Source of the DNA: Calcarisporiella thermophila CBS 279.70
Lineage: Eukaryota > Fungi > Calcarisporiellomycota
Direction: 5' to 3'
Assembly (NCBI RefSeq): GCF_041956535.1
Contig: NW_027192196.1
Coordinates: 204,921 to 268,920, forward strand
DNA length: 64,000 bases
In this document: positions 39,674 to 53,835 of the stretch, in pieces
Position numbering within the stretch: the first letter of the stretch is position 1
Layout: every line of letters starts with the position of its first letter
The notes under the pieces: model-generated
Told to the model about the DNA's origin: nothing
Databases searched by the model: none
Seen by the model: only the letters and a program-made list of their open reading frames with translations
Translations under genes and position numbers: made by a program

Positions 39674-42390
39674 TTACATAAACAATTTTGAATGCGAGGA
39701 GGCTTCCTGTTTGAACTCCTGTTGGCCTTGCCCTTGTGTTGCGAATACACCTGGATAGCCAGCCGGCCAATCATCCAGATATGCTGGAGCAGTAGAGGGA
39801 ACTTGATCGAGACTCCCAAGCGGTGGGGTTACGAGCATAGACAAAAATGAATTTTGGCCAGGATTGGCGGCGCCTGTGGGCCATTGTAGAACTTCCTGCG
39901 GAGGCGATGAATTTTTCCCGTCGTTAAGCGGGGTTGGGGTTGTCTGCATTTGCCCTATGGTGGTCGAGGTAAACTGGGGTTGCTCCTGCCGGAAATTGGA
40001 CTGCGGAAACTGCTGCTGCATCAACGCAAACATATCAAACATAGGGGTAGTGGTTGGAGGCATAAGCGGCGTGATTGAGGCAGAATAAGAGCGACTCTGC
40101 TGTTGTGCAAGAGGATCACCGATATCTCCTAAAGAGAGCGGCGTCTCGCGACTCCTACTTGAGCTATCACTGCTACCTGAATTGATGACACTGTTCGCTT
40201 CATTTATTAGCTCAGCGACGTTGGGGGGAAGTGATTGGGTAAGGGTGGCAGGTTCCGAGGAGATTTCACATAGAGGGGGAGCAGAAGCACTACAGAGCAT
40301 GGTCTTGGCAGAAGGAAGCGTTTCTATCTGCTTGTTTAGAGGTTTAATCTCCTTTACGTATCCCATCTCATCGAGCTGAAGCTCTCTCAAGCCAACCAAA
40401 TCGCCAATAATATTACAAGCGCGCTGGGCCGACATCCACGCATCCTCCAATGTTGACAGCACGCTCATACACCGCGCAACATCCAATTTTGCTTTGGCAG
40501 CCACTTTGGGGTCAGAGGAGGTGGCGTTGTTGAGATGGATACTCGCCGCGGTGAAAATGCAATAGGTCCCGGGGTGATAGAGGAAGCGCAAACTGCCATT
40601 CTCGCGCAAACTATAGGAAATATCCACGATTGCGTTGGCTGCCTCTGTGCAGATCCGATGGGAAGGATAAGAAGTGCGAGGAACCTCTTGGTCCGGCATT
40701 GGAATGAAGGGTCGATGCAGGAGTATGACTGCGCTATGATACAGCAGATGCAATAGGCACACGGGCGGAGAGGGGAGCTGAGAAGGCCGAGTGCCAGGGG
40801 GAAGGTGGAGATGTTGAGGCAGCGCTTTGTACCAGGAGACAAGAGAGTTATGCAGCGAAGATACAAGAGAATTTGGGTTTTGTACAAAGGCAGGATTATG
40901 TTTTGCACTCAATGAATAGATGCTCTGCAGAATGCGCCCCAGAATCTCGTACAAACGAACAAGTTGTTTAAAATCAACCACTGTTTGCGGTCGAATGGCG
41001 GTTGGAGAAGAGGATCCGCGTTGTCCAGATCCAACTGGAGTGGCAGGAGAAGAGGGTGTGGAAAAGTCCTCTTCCTCTTCATCGTCATCATTTGGATATG
41101 GGACATCGAACTCTCGTTCGTCGATCGAGAGTGAGCGACCGAACTTGGCAGAGATAAACCGATCGGCCACAAAACAACACCAGAAGACACGCTTTCGAAT
41201 ACGTTTCTCCTCCTTCGGCAAGTTCCACGACTCGCAGTTGCGATTGAGCCCTAGGTCGAGTGCCATTCGAATAGCCATTCCACAGTATAGCCAAGCTCTA
41301 CTCGAGCGGCATACAGCTTGTTGATGAGCTCCCAAAAGGAGTAAAGCCTGAATGGTTGAGAGACGAGAAACGTCATAATCATTATCGAGGAGCACTTTAG
41401 CACGCTCAAAAAATATTTCGCCCGCCGATTCTGGGGCTTCGGGATCGGTACGACATCGTGGATCATCTGATATGCGCGAAGCGAGAGCATAGATGGCATT
41501 GAGAAGGAGTAGAGGCGGTGGGTTACTCTCGTCGTACAGTGCTCGCAAGAAGCTTGGCTTGTGGACGACTGGGAAAGTGGGGTAGATGTAGGTGAAGTAG
41601 AGATGAATGAGATGGTCAGAAAGATCGCGTGGAATCTGCTCAAACGGGTTGACATAATAAGGGCGTACTTCATCCGACGACTTCACTACTATTTTTGATC
41701 CAGACTTCCGCGTTGTCGATCTTACTGAGAAATGGAACACCCCATCGCTAAAAGTGCGGCTGTTTTTCACCATGAAAAGCCCACTGCTCTTTCCAAGGAA
41801 ACGAACCTAGATAAAGAATATTGATACAGCTTAAAAAGGAGGGGGCGACTCGAATATGCTAGAAAAACACTTACTTGTCCTAATTCATCAATGCATAACT
41901 GGCCCACCATATCGTTAAGCCGGTTGATCTCATTTTCACTTATTGTTTCTGCCTTATGCTCCGTCATAGGTGAATGATCAAAAGGATCTTCTACATCTGC
42001 AGAGTGAGCCCTATGGGTTCTGTCATTAGACCCAGGGGGACGCTCGTCGGATGAAGATGCGGTATTATGACGACGTACATGACGTACGGGGATCTGCTCT
42101 CCGCTCGGTGTCTCCAGTGGGCCACTTAATTCAGCAAGTACTGACTGCACACGAGGATCGCTTTTGTCGACCAAGTCTCCCAACAACTCTTCCATGCGCA
42201 TCAATCTGTTTTCTATTGCTTCAATGTAGCCTTTAGGAGGGCCACGCTTCTTGCTGAGATTGCTATAGCTGCATTCAAGGCCAAATGCTAGACAATTGGA
42301 GCAAACAGGGGTGGTTCCATCGCACTTGACTTTTTTCTTGCGACATGTATCACATGCTCTAGTAACACGCTGGCGCTTTGTGGGAAGCAT
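39674..42390 (-). CDS. Zn(II)2Cys6 transcription factor with Fungal_trans domain; intron ~41807-41875; start uncertain
   Basis: [19 protein letters not shown] cluster; [47 protein letters not shown]. Confidence 0.93.
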
Positions 42391-43193
42391 TGGAATCCAA
42401 AAAGAAAAATCCTTGGGAATTTTCATAGAATTGTAAATCCATTTTGCGTTATATGTGCATGAGAAATGTTGACAAATCACTTACCTCTAGTATTTATTCA
42501 ATATTTTAATAGTTTGCAACAGCAAGCCTCAAAATGATCTTGTGAATCAATGAAAATAGAGCGAGAGGGGGAAAAAAAGCGGGGAATGGATCGAAGCTAG
42601 GTATTTAGGGGGATGAGTTTGCAAAAGGGGAGCGAAAAGGGGGAAGGATGGGGAGAAATTTTCAAGATTGTCAGAAAACAAAAAGTTAAAATCAATAATG
42701 CAGAAACAACATGCGCAAACCCAGAGAATATGGAAACAGTATAAGCTCTTTGAAGCTATTGTCCTTCGGCCGAGCTTTTCGTGCGATTTGATAACCGAAA
42801 GGGGTATCCCACTTTTATTGAGTCATGGTTCCCATATATGCACCCCCCCTCTAACAAAAAACACTGTGACGTGTCAAAATGCAGCGAATTTGCCTCGTGG
42901 TCTGAAAGCAATTTTAAACTTCTTGATCTGAGAACGGCAGCCAAGGCGTGAACACTGTATATTGAGGATTTAGTATCGGGCGGCAACTCGGCGTGCAGGT
43001 TCGACCACATGGCCCCTGTTGTTTAAGGTTCCACCTGGAGCCGCCGCAGAATTCGGAGAGCCGCGGACCCCCTCCCGTGTCATTGCAACATCATAACATA
43101 GCTTTATTTGAACAGAAAATAACTTAATCAGTCTACTCTATAAGTAGGGGTGTATATGTATATAAGTTAGAAAGTTTATTTTAGCATTCGGGG

Positions 43194-44490
43194 TCAGCCC
43201 AGCGTCGCGGCCGGAAAGGTGCAGCTTGGATGCTCGATGTCGGCTCTGCTCTGAATTATCCGCAACTCGCACCGACGCACCCTCTGTGCCTTGGCTAAAT
43301 CACTCTCGTCGCTCTCCAATTTATCTAGCCATTGCTTCTGGTACTCGAGCGTCCGCTGCACAATCCCTCCCAAAGATCCAATCACCTTCTCGCATGCAAC
43401 GGACAGCCCTTCTGCAACTCCATGCGCTAATGCCTCCTCAAGCCGCGCGATGAGGAGTGCAGAAAATACATCACCTGTGCCAACAAAATAGCCACCATAT
43501 GCAGGGAACGGCACAACAAATTGCTTAGTTATGCGGGGCGATTCTTGGATAAGTTCGCTGCCCACGCAATAAAGAACGCGGTTTGCATTTCCGGGAAGGG
43601 GGGGATGCGGGATATGCGGTTCATCAGGTGGGAATGGCATGGAGGAGATGACGACATATTTAATACCAATATCATGCAATTTATCAATTGCTTCCCGTGC
43701 ACTAGCTAAGTCGGTTATCTTCACGCCAGTGAGGAGCCTGGGAGCATGTAAAAAGAGGAGAAAAGAAGCCCATTAGGAATCGTGTTTATAAGGTTGTGGT
43801 ATAGGTTGAGAAAATGCGGAAGTATAGATTAGATTACTCACTCGGCTTCAAATTGGTTTGGAGTTGTGATATCAGAATACTTCAACAGGTCCCGGTAAAT
43901 AGGAACTACCTCTTCACTCACATAAAAGCGACCCTCATCTCCCATCACAGGATCACACACTATCATGAGCCATCAAAAATTAGCGGCTCTGCTACTCACG
44001 TTAATTCACAAAATCACATAATCAGAAATACTCACAGAACAGCATATTGGGACTACTCGCTCGCATCTTCTTTACAAATTCGATAATAGCACGCAACCCT
44101 TCCGCAGTGCCGATATAACCTAATCATTCAATTGTGACATAATGACACCGAAGACTTGGAAATAAGGAGAAAATACCAGTCAGCAGGTAAGTATAATCTA
44201 GCAGTCCATTTCGCTCAAGCCCAGCAAATAACTCATTGTACTGGTCCTCAGCCAGACGATGACCCCCAAGTGTCGGGTATCCTATTGCCATAGCAGCCAA
44301 GTTCAAGTCTGTCTATTCCTGGTCATTTCTTCAATGTTAACAGTCTACCTGTGTGGTTGGAAAATTCGACTGTATTCACGGTATCCACATCGAAACCTAG
44401 AAGTTGTAGAGGAAAGGTTGCGGCCTTGTTGCCACAATAGCCCGATACAACATGGGATTGAATGCTTAACACCCGCTTGCCTTCCTCCAT
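43194..44490 (-). CDS. BUD16: Pyridoxal kinase, multi-exon
   Basis: [57 protein letters not shown]. Confidence 0.93.
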
Positions 44491-44680
44491 TTCTGGTTAT
44501 CAAGTGATTAGAAATGGAGATGCTCAGGTTATATCATTGCTTCGGAATTTGAAACGATAAGCCACTCAATCCTTTATTTCGAGATAACATATTTCATATT
44601 GATTATATCACAAAATATGCTATGGGGAGAATACACTATAAAGGATTACTTGGTGATACACCGGTGCGAGACAAAAAACC

Positions 44681-45164
44681 CTAAACCCCTTGGCGATACT
44701 CTATCACTTTCTTAGTGTAGTACGCGCCTGCAAGCAGACTTGCAGTACCAAGCATTATTGGAACTGGCTTGCGTGTTTTAATGGCACGGGGAATGGATGA
44801 GCCAGCAAGAATAGCAGAGGCAGCTACAGTAGAAGTTTAAGTAAAAAAGAGTAAATCTATACAGCCAAAAAAAAAGAAATGCCACCGAATGTTTAATTAG
44901 GATGATTACCAATTGCCGTTTCATGCCCATAATCGCGATTTTGTTGAATAATATAACTATCACATTGAGTAAGAAACTCCAGAATCAGAATGCATGTCCA
45001 CACATTAAATGCCAGAGTGGTTTTCCTAATTACCCTGCAACTCCGTAAATTAATCCAACTCCCACACCTGCGACGAGCGAAGGGACCGATTTCGTACGAG
45101 CATAACCGACAATTCCTCCAACGGCACACAGACCAGCCATGGTGTAGGAAGGATGGTGTGACAT
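44681..45164 (-). CDS. TMEM14-family small membrane protein, 3 exons
   Basis: MSHHPSYTMAGLCAVGGIVGYARTKSVPSLVAG..NRDYGHETA..AYYTKKVIEYRQGV*. Confidence 0.85.
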
Positions 45165-45461
45165 GTTCTCTACTATTTCCCGTTTTTTAACAAAGCTAAC
45201 AATGTTCTCTTCACCAATGCTTATTAATGGCTCAAAGCTTGAAAGTCTAATATTGGATTTTATATGTGGCGCATTTTATCCTCGGATGTTGATTTACTGC
45301 ATTAGACAATAGGGGCCGAAATTCGGTGACAATTAACCACTAATACGGTATATTGCCATACTAGAGGATCAATGATTTTATAAAAGCTTTGACCGGTAAG
45401 AGCTGTATTAACAGAGATTTTGGCTCGTTTGAGAATATAGATAAAATGATAAATACAGTGC

Positions 45462-46375
45462 TTAATCGTAATCAGACTCCTCATCCTCGTCACTCAGTGC
45501 CGAGGTAGCGTTGCTGTATATGATTTTTTGCTCACTCTTTTCTGTTTTCTCTTCTTTTCCTTCTGAAATTGCTCCTGAGGCTCTGAGCTGGTTTTCTAAA
45601 CCTACGTAATAGAAAAGGAATGGTTATATATAAGTGGTTCAGATTATTTGTAGTTATTATACAAAGAAAAAAAAGTCTTACTCTCGACTGTCATTTTCAT
45701 CCCCCCAAATGCTATTGCCCCTACTAACTGCTGGCGAAGGTCGCCCTCTCCGTAAATTAAAAGTGTCGGCACGTTGGCATCAGGATAATTGGGTATACAC
45801 TGGTCGCTCACAATCTTGACAAACTTAACATCCTTATGTCTCTGGGCAAGGGTTGCGAGGTGTTGATTCATAAGTTTACAGGCAGGAATGCTATCGAAAT
45901 GTGAGATATGTGAGAAATTCCGAAAATGCCAAAATACATTGTTAGAGTTGGGTGGGACACTCACTAATCCTTGAAAAGGTGCACGACTACCCAGGCATTT
46001 TTGCTCGTCTCCGTGACCTCATTAGTATAGTCGGGTTTGGATATTTGGACTACTTCTCCATACTTATTTCTCAGCGCCGCCTCTTGCATCTCTGCTATGC
46101 GCTTCATCCTAATATCAAAATGGCCAAATTAGTATTAAATTAATAAACCCTCCTAAGTATGAAAGCTTAATACACCTGTATGAGTGCAATATCCGCTCAT
46201 CCTCCTCATCCTCGAGCTCATCTAGTTCTTCTAATGTTCGATCTTCAAGTGAAGATTCTTTCGCCTTTGCTTCCAAGATCATCTCATCCTCTTGTTCACG
46301 TAGCTCCTCATCGGTTGGACCGGAGCGTTTCAGAATACCTTTCTGGATGAGAATGTCCTCCCATTCGGTTGCCAT
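45462..46375 (-). CDS. PLP2: Phosducin-like protein 2 (CCT co-chaperone), multi-exon
   Basis: TEWEDILIQKGIL, ELDELEDEEDERIL, VKFVKIVSDQCIPNYPDANVPTLLIY. Confidence 0.92.
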
Positions 46376-47267
46376 TTTCACTGATTTATACTAATGAGTG
46401 ATTAGATATCAATAATATATCTAATTATAATACGAAGAGCGCTGCGCCATGAATTGAAAGTTAGGCACGGCTATATATAGCTATTATAATATTGAAATAT
46501 CCAAAACGGGCCTACTGTCGACCGATTTTTATGGGGGCATCCATTGATTAAAATATTTAATTACAGATATCATAGTTGAAGTTGGAGATATTTATATACT
46601 AGCCAACCTTTTGGGGTTTTTACCAGAATCTAGAGAATAGACTACAATCACTGTCTTATCATGAAAAGATTTTTATCAATGATTTATTTGGACGGGACAC
46701 GAAGCGCATTTGAATAGGCTCTACATCTCTTATCCAAAATATTGCTAGGAATATTTCACCCTAATTCTTTTGAAATGTGTCGTATATCCTGTCACATAAG
46801 TAATTAGACAAGCCAGCCCCGAGATTAACATATGTATTTCTAGAAAAGGCCGAGTCATCCTTATTCCCCCTCATTATCAAGCAGTATTGCGCAAACTATT
46901 CAAAGAATTCTGTCGAAATATGAACTTGTAAAAGCATCCACTGTCTAGGCTCAGCTCATTTTTTCTTGTATTGTATAAAATACGTTTTTTGGTTAAAAAT
47001 AACCCAGTATTTCTATTGAATCAATATAGGTATCAAACAATAAATTGCTTGAACTTAGGGTCCTGGTTTTTTACCGGTAAGTGACAACTTGATTACATCT
47101 CTGATGACTGCAGTATATTTGATCTTTCAGTCAGTATAAGATGTACCTTAAAATGATTTATTGAATTGAAATAAGCTAGTGTGACTTCCGATTTAAATTT
47201 AGAGTATAAACAGTTGTAGGCTATTCTTTTAATTATCGTTATCATAATCTCTTCAGGTATACTAATA

Positions 47268-47782
47268 ATGGGCAAGAGAAGTACGCGAATTTATTCAATA
47301 TTTTGGTGCCATTCTTCCTAATTAAAAGCATTGATTAGAGGATACATCGAATGCAACACTCACCAATGATAACGTCTCTATGCATGCTGTTAATGACGGT
47401 ACATCGGTAATACCGCCACTGATGGGTAAACAATCTATAAAACACACACTAAATCCCCCTCATATTATCTAGTTTGGATATTCATGTATATATGCTTAAT
47501 TTTGGCCTAGGGGATGTGGATGGCGATCATCTCGACGGGAAATCTCGAGTTAACCAGGAGCTTGAGCTCCTTCGATTGCGCAAACAGAATCAAAAGGAAA
47601 GTGATCCTACCATCGATCTTCTTAAAAAGATCAAGTCAAAGCCATTAAAGACAAGGGCGAAGAAACGTAAAGAGAAGCAGATTGAGCGGGCACTACAGAA
47701 CATGGATAAGGAGGACGAAAAAATTGAAAGAGCAGAAGAGCGCAGGAAAAGGCGAAAAGAGAGACGCACAGTATGGGAATGA
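47268..47782 (+). CDS. Small basic protein, Alb1/Ecm1-like pre-60S factor; 3 exons (first exon ATG GGC AAG AGA A)
   Basis: KKRKEKQIERALQNMDKEDEKIERAEERRKRRKERRTVWE C-terminus; GT..AG introns at ~47281-47338 and ~47426-47510. Confidence 0.6.
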
Positions 47783-48236
47783 AACGTGTACTTGGATGTC
47801 CTAGATCGGTGACCATGGCCGTAGCCCGGTGACCACCTCCTGTTCCTCACTGATACCTGCTTTACCTCTGTCCCCCTGTTACCCAAGACCAAATCGAAAT
47901 TTCTTCTCGAACGTCTTTGAGCTTGGCATAGTCTTTCTATATTTATTCATACTACAAATAATTTCTTGGATTTTGTTGTTTTTCTTCATTTATCTTTGTT
48001 TTTTTTTTGTTCTTTTCTTTTTTTCTTCCACTTTCGTAATAAGGCTTGTCCTTTTGGCAAGAAAAAATCCTTGGTAATTTGGGATATTTGGTTGTGGAGC
48101 TAAAAAAGATCAGCCAATCAGCACCTCACAAGGCGTGATGAAATCCAGACCGCTCCTCTGACCTCGTCTTCGATCTCTTCATCAACCATTTATTTTTTTT
48201 TTACACGTTTCTCATAAGGAATAAGTCTCTTTAATA

Positions 48237-48863
48237 ATGGTAAGTAATTTTTTTCTATTTTCTCTAACACTGGCTACATCTGAGAGTGGCCGATCATTTT
48301 GAGGATGTTCTCTCCTCCCCCTATTAATGGGAAGATGGATCTCTAAGTTGCTCACTCCAATCTCATCCAACTCACTCTCTACTTATTAGTCGAGCGGCGT
48401 CGCGGTTAATTCTGAATGTCTTGAAACTTTTCAGGCTCTTAAGTTGCGAAAAAAATTCAAATACATTGTGTTCAAGTTAAATGATACCAAGACGGAGATC
48501 ATCGTGGAGACATCAGTAGAGCAAGCCTCCTACGATGATTTTGTCGAAAGCCTGCCCCCCTCCGAATGCCGCTATGCCGTGTACGATTTCGACTTTGAAA
48601 AACCCGGCGAGGGTGCGCGTAACAAGATCTGCTTCTATACCTGGTAAACCCCTTATTCTATAATGATGAAATGTGATTTTTGAATTGGTCCCTAACACCG
48701 TTTTAATAGGTCTCCTGATAGTTCCAAAATCAGGGACAAGATGCTTTACGCGTCTAGTAAGGATGCGCTGCGAAAGCAACTCGTTGGCATCGGGGCGGAA
48801 ATTCAGGGCACCTCGTTCGATGAGGTGTCTCACGAGGCCGTGCTGGATAAAGTGCTGCGTTAA
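48237..48863 (+). CDS. COF1: Cofilin/ADF; introns 48240-48389 and 48644-48709
   Basis: M|[27 protein letters not shown]|[22 protein letters not shown]. Confidence 0.97.
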
Positions 48864-49207
48864 TTAATTGCTCTTATCCAAAAGATATTTTCAAACTGCA
48901 GTGTTTTTCTTCCCTTCTTTGTTATGTTGGTACTGCATGTCGCTTTTTTTTTCCCTTTTGTTATTTTGGCGAAGAGATATGTTTTTTGATAAGTGTGGTC
49001 AATTGAATAGACAACATAAAGTTTCAGAGTAGTAGCATCGCTCTAGTATTAAATTGACATATCTGGGGAAGAGATAGAACACACCGATGTATCTCTAGAA
49101 ACAATGGAAATACAGGAATATTATTGACTAAGAATATACACATGAAATGGAAAAAAGGAGATTAAACAGTGTATAAGAAACAGACGCGGCCATGTGAACT
49201 GTGCGGA

Positions 49208-52200
49208 TCAAAGCTTCTTCAGTCGAGGCTGCTTCAACTGTTGCCCATGCTCTCGCATCAAGTCCCCCACCTTCGACTTGATCTTATCCTTACTCCACTG
49301 CAGCTTCCGTGCCAACTTATTCCTATGCACCCGATTTCTCGCCTCATTCGAGGTACCCGTATTCACACCCGACGAGGTGTCGTCGTCGTCACCTTCCGCT
49401 AAAGACGCGGAGCTCCATTCACTATACACGCTGGATGCGACTGAAGCCCGTTTCTTTTGCTTGTCTCCGGTTGACTCCTGCTCTGACTCGAGGGCGGTGG
49501 CATCCAGCCGGTAGCCCCGTAGGTCGCTATGGCTCAAGGATAATCCCGGGATAAAACACAGCTTCAATCTCACTTTGCCAAGCGGCCCGCTTTGATCCGC
49601 CAACTCATCCTTGGCATTCACTTGGGAGTCGATATCCTCGTCGCCAGCCACACTATTCAAGCCTATTACAACCTCGTGTTCGACTCCGTCGCTTGGCAAA
49701 TGCTTCAGCCAATATTTACCCAAGGCGCTCGTGGTTTTCAGCTTCATGCTCGATTTTTGCACGAGACGCACCACTAGAGCCGTTTGGTAGCGTCGCAGGA
49801 CGGGCAGCTCAAACCGCCGCTCCTCCCACACCAATCGACCTTCGGTAATCCCGAGTCCAAAGCTTCCTGTTTTGACCCGATCCTCTATCTCATCCGGAAT
49901 CAGCTGCCCGTAACCTTCAGCATGAGTGGCAGACACCGGGACCATGTTGAGGGACAGGTGCAATTGGGTGCGCTCCAAACGCTCCAATAATGGAGAAACT
50001 ATCCCCTCCGCCATCACGTCGCTCACCACAAGCGTTCCAACATCATAGCCTTTCAGTTGACGGGGTATTGAAATCTTGATTGGCCTAAAAATAAGGCTCA
50101 ACCGTATATGACCATAGGCGACTCCTCGTGTTAACATAAACCACCGGGTAACCTCGTAGATACCCTCTTGTTCCCTTCCACAAAAGAAATCATGTGCACG
50201 CACGAGCACTAATCCAAGTAGTGGATCATGTTCAAACGTCTTTTGGTCCCGGAGGATGACCCGGACCGAGCCATGGTGAAGATCTGGAATGAAATTCTCC
50301 GTAATCAAGTTCCAGTACTGTGGATTAAAAATAGAGTTTAGGATGGACTTGCTTGAGGGGAATGGTCATCATAAAGTTACCGGAGCGGGATTATGCATCT
50401 TGATGCGTGTGCGGGCAACTTGTCGGTCATTGACATAGATGTCAGCATAGGGATTTGGGACCGACTATAAAATGAGAGGGGGGAGGGCACAGATTCGTCG
50501 TTAATACGCAGAACCCTAGCAGTAAGCAAAAGGGATTATCTACCTCAGGGTCATATGGATGCGAACGGTCATTATAACATGAACTCATAATCTCGAGATC
50601 AGCAGCTTGGTGCAACTGAACTAGCATAATACCAGCTAACACGAAGAGAGCATATGCTGTCGTCACCTTACATTTTCATTCAGATAGAATAGCTACACTT
50701 ACCTATTTGTTTACATTTCTCTGGTCTCTCCCTCTCGACCAGAACAGCTCGAGCCTCATCTCTTTCCAATTCCCTCTCTTGTTCCTTCACCGCTGCAAGA
50801 ATACCCCGGCTAATACCATCGTCCGCAGGCACCAACTTCTTGGCCGGTGGAGCCACGATCTTTGGGTGGTAGGATAGTCGGTATCGCACTTGTCCGCGCG
50901 GTGCATTACCATCCCCCTTCCCTTTTCCGTAAACTTGCAGTATCTCACTCCACCCATCATGCAATAATCTCTCCTCCTTCACCATCTCACCATTCTCTTC
51001 CATGACGATTTTCTTGATCGGCCATAGAACCTTCCCCAGGAGATCGTCGGAGGAGCCTCGATCCGAATCCCACAAGTTGATTTCGAGCGACTTCCCGTTG
51101 GTGACATCACTTCCGGTTATGGGCAAGTAGAGGACCTCGTTCCACACTGGATGGCTCGAGTTAAGCAGCACCCGCGTGTAAGCCGCACGCTGTTTACTTG
51201 ATTCGGAGAGCTTCAGCTCGATGTAGGGGTCGTTATCGGACAGTATATCGGCTTTGGGGAGGTTGAGGGCCTCGAAGGCCTCGAGCCTGATGATCCCGAT
51301 GGATCGAGTTTCTAAATACAACCAAGGCTATTAGGAGATATGGACGTAGGAGAAATCGAATCCCTGGCTCTTACCGTGCACAACCTCATCTCCCGTCATG
51401 AAACTCTCCACATCCAAGATAATGGATTTGGGGTCTGTTAAGTCCAGTAGCACTGCATTGACACAGCTGGCAATGAATTGCTTAATCAGTGGAAGCTAAT
51501 GGCCCAAGCATTAAAAAAATCGTGTAGAGTGAATAAAAGCAATGTATGACAAGTCTCGGTAAGACGCCCATGGACTTCTTACCTGCATCAAATTCATAGT
51601 GTCTGTAAGCGGCCGAATGGCCATTTCCAATTGCGGGAGTCCCAATAGTGCAATTTCTGCCTTCCCAAGAAATGGGGGGTTTGATTTGGTCTCAATCTTA
51701 AAGCGAGCCTGGGTCGCACATAAAAATAGGATTAGGAGGAGAGGGAACAGGCGAAGCCAATAGAAACATAACAAAATTACTTTTCCCACACAGTGAACTA
51801 GCTCTGCTTTAACCGGAATCACCTTTTTCAGGGAGGTGATAAGATCGATCATTATGTACGGTGGCTCGAGATGGATGCCGTCTTTCTTCACGTAGAAGCT
51901 GAAGGTTGCCTCGCCTCTCTAAACCAAAAACAAACATAGCTAGCGTTATCGGGGAGCATGCACTATCGCCGGCATAAACAAGTTAAATACCACAAAATCA
52001 TCGTTCTCCCCTTCCTCTGGCGCCAGTATTTTGATGCTAGTGAGTCGCGGCGAGATGACCCCCAAGTCGAATTCAGTGACCTTGACTCGCTCAACAAATA
52101 TGGGCGGCATAAATCTTTGCATTGCCTCCTCAAGCAAATCGGTCACCGCGACAAAAAGCTCCCGGTCCAGTATCCTCCATAGCTTGGCCATAATGCTATT

Positions 52201-52800
52201 CACCCACTCGACCGTCTCGGTTTTTTGCTCGGATATTACTGCAAGGGCCGTATGTTTCTCAATGTCGAGGTGATGCGCAATATAGTGTTTCTCAAGGTAG
52301 TTCCTCCATGCCCAAGCCAAGGCAAATATGGCAAGCATTGCCAAAGCATGAGGCAGACCTAAGCTGCCTAGCGTGTATCCGCTGACACCAACCAGGAATA
52401 TGAGTTTGGGACCAGTTAGAAAGCTAGAGAGTTTTGATGTGACCTGTTCCTGCACTGAATGGGGAGCTGGGACAGATTGCTGCGATGAATCGCCAGGAAC
52501 CGCTTTGGCGGTAGAGGGGGAGGCAACAGCCGTGGAGGGGGGAATGCTGGGAGATATAGTAGCTGGCTGTTGTCGAGAGCCTGAAGCAATATCAAGACTC
52601 GCCTCACTTCGCGTGATATTGGGTGAAGTGTAAGTTGTCTCGTCAGGTCTAGAGATAGCGTCCGCAGCTTGCTCTTTGTTCACAGCTTTAGGAGAGCGCC
52701 CGAATAAACTAAAGCGCCGATTTCTTTCCGTAGGCGAGTCCGATTTATCCCCTGATTTCACTTGGTTGTGCGCGTCAGTAGGAGTGCGCTCGGCTTCCAT
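49208..52800 (-). CDS. SMP-domain, multi-C2-domain membrane-tethering protein (tricalbin/extended-synaptotagmin-like), multi-exon
   Basis: TM hairpin, ETVEWVNSIMAKLW (SMP start), NPPFLGK, C2 LPKADILSDNDPY..HPVWNE..WDSDRGSSDDLLG, further C2 RDQKTFEHDPLLG. Confidence 0.85.
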
Positions 52801-53272
52801 TTTCTAGTATAACAGATCCGATGAATTCAGGGCAATGATCTAGAACGTGACATGCGATGGGCTAAAGGCAACCACTGTCTGAGAGGCTTTGAGGGGAGGG
52901 GGCCAAATATTAACGAAAAGCTAAGTAGAAAAACTAGGCTTATGAGTGGAAGTTTCTCTTGAGCCAAGAATTCCATATATAACAAAGCTCCAGAAATCCT
53001 CCAATCTGGGACAAGACAGGATCTTTTCTTTCTATGGAGAGCACAAGATCAGCTAGTATTCGAATGTACTTTTTGAAAGTCCACCTGAGCCTCTTCGACG
53101 TAAAATTGGCTCTACTGCTGCGGTAGAACAGGGTCAGAATAACAGGGCAGCCCATCAAGAAGCAATTTGTGGAGTTCAACTCGACGAATAGAGAGAATCA
53201 GCAGCAGTATAAGGCGTAAGGAAAATAATATTTTCTTTATTACAAGGAAATATGATAAAGGGGGAGAGATAT

Positions 53273-53835
53273 TTAGTCGAACAAGCCGAAGCCCATATCG
53301 TCATCCTCTTCTTCCTCCTCCTCCTTCTCCTCCTTCTTCTCTTCGGCAGCAGGAGCAGCACCGCCAGCAGCAGCACCACCAGCAGGAGCGGCAGATGGGG
53401 CAGCTATTATAAATATAAAAAAAGGATTAAGCCAATTGGCCACGATAAATAAAAAGAGAAAAAGATAGGTCTCTATGCCAATTCCATTGTGCATTATGGA
53501 ATAGACATCGAAACATATAAAGCGATGAGCAACATCCTCGACACCATCAAGTCATTTACTTACCAGAGCCAACCTTCTGGAGCATCTCCTTCACGTTCTT
53601 GCCCTCAAGAGCCTTGGCAAACACGGAGGCCCACACGGGCTCAACCTCGATGTTGGCAGCCTTGGTCAAGGCCAAGATCTTGTCGGCCTATACAAATAGG
53701 AGTAGAATCACGTCTCCATTTAGCCACCCAAGAGCACCAGGAGCATCGACGCGAACAGAGTTTACATACCGAGACTTCGATGCCTTCATCGGCAAGGATG
53801 AGCGTGGCGTACACAACGGCGAGTTCAGCAGACAT
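53273..53835 (-). CDS. RPP1: 60S acidic ribosomal protein P1, 3 exons
   Basis: [30 protein letters not shown]-terminal [14 protein letters not shown]. Confidence 0.97.

Noticed and set aside
53410-53562. Possible intronic snoRNA in RPP1 intron 2 (small hairpin TTCCAT..ATGGAA)
   Set aside because: No C/D or H/ACA box arrangement visible
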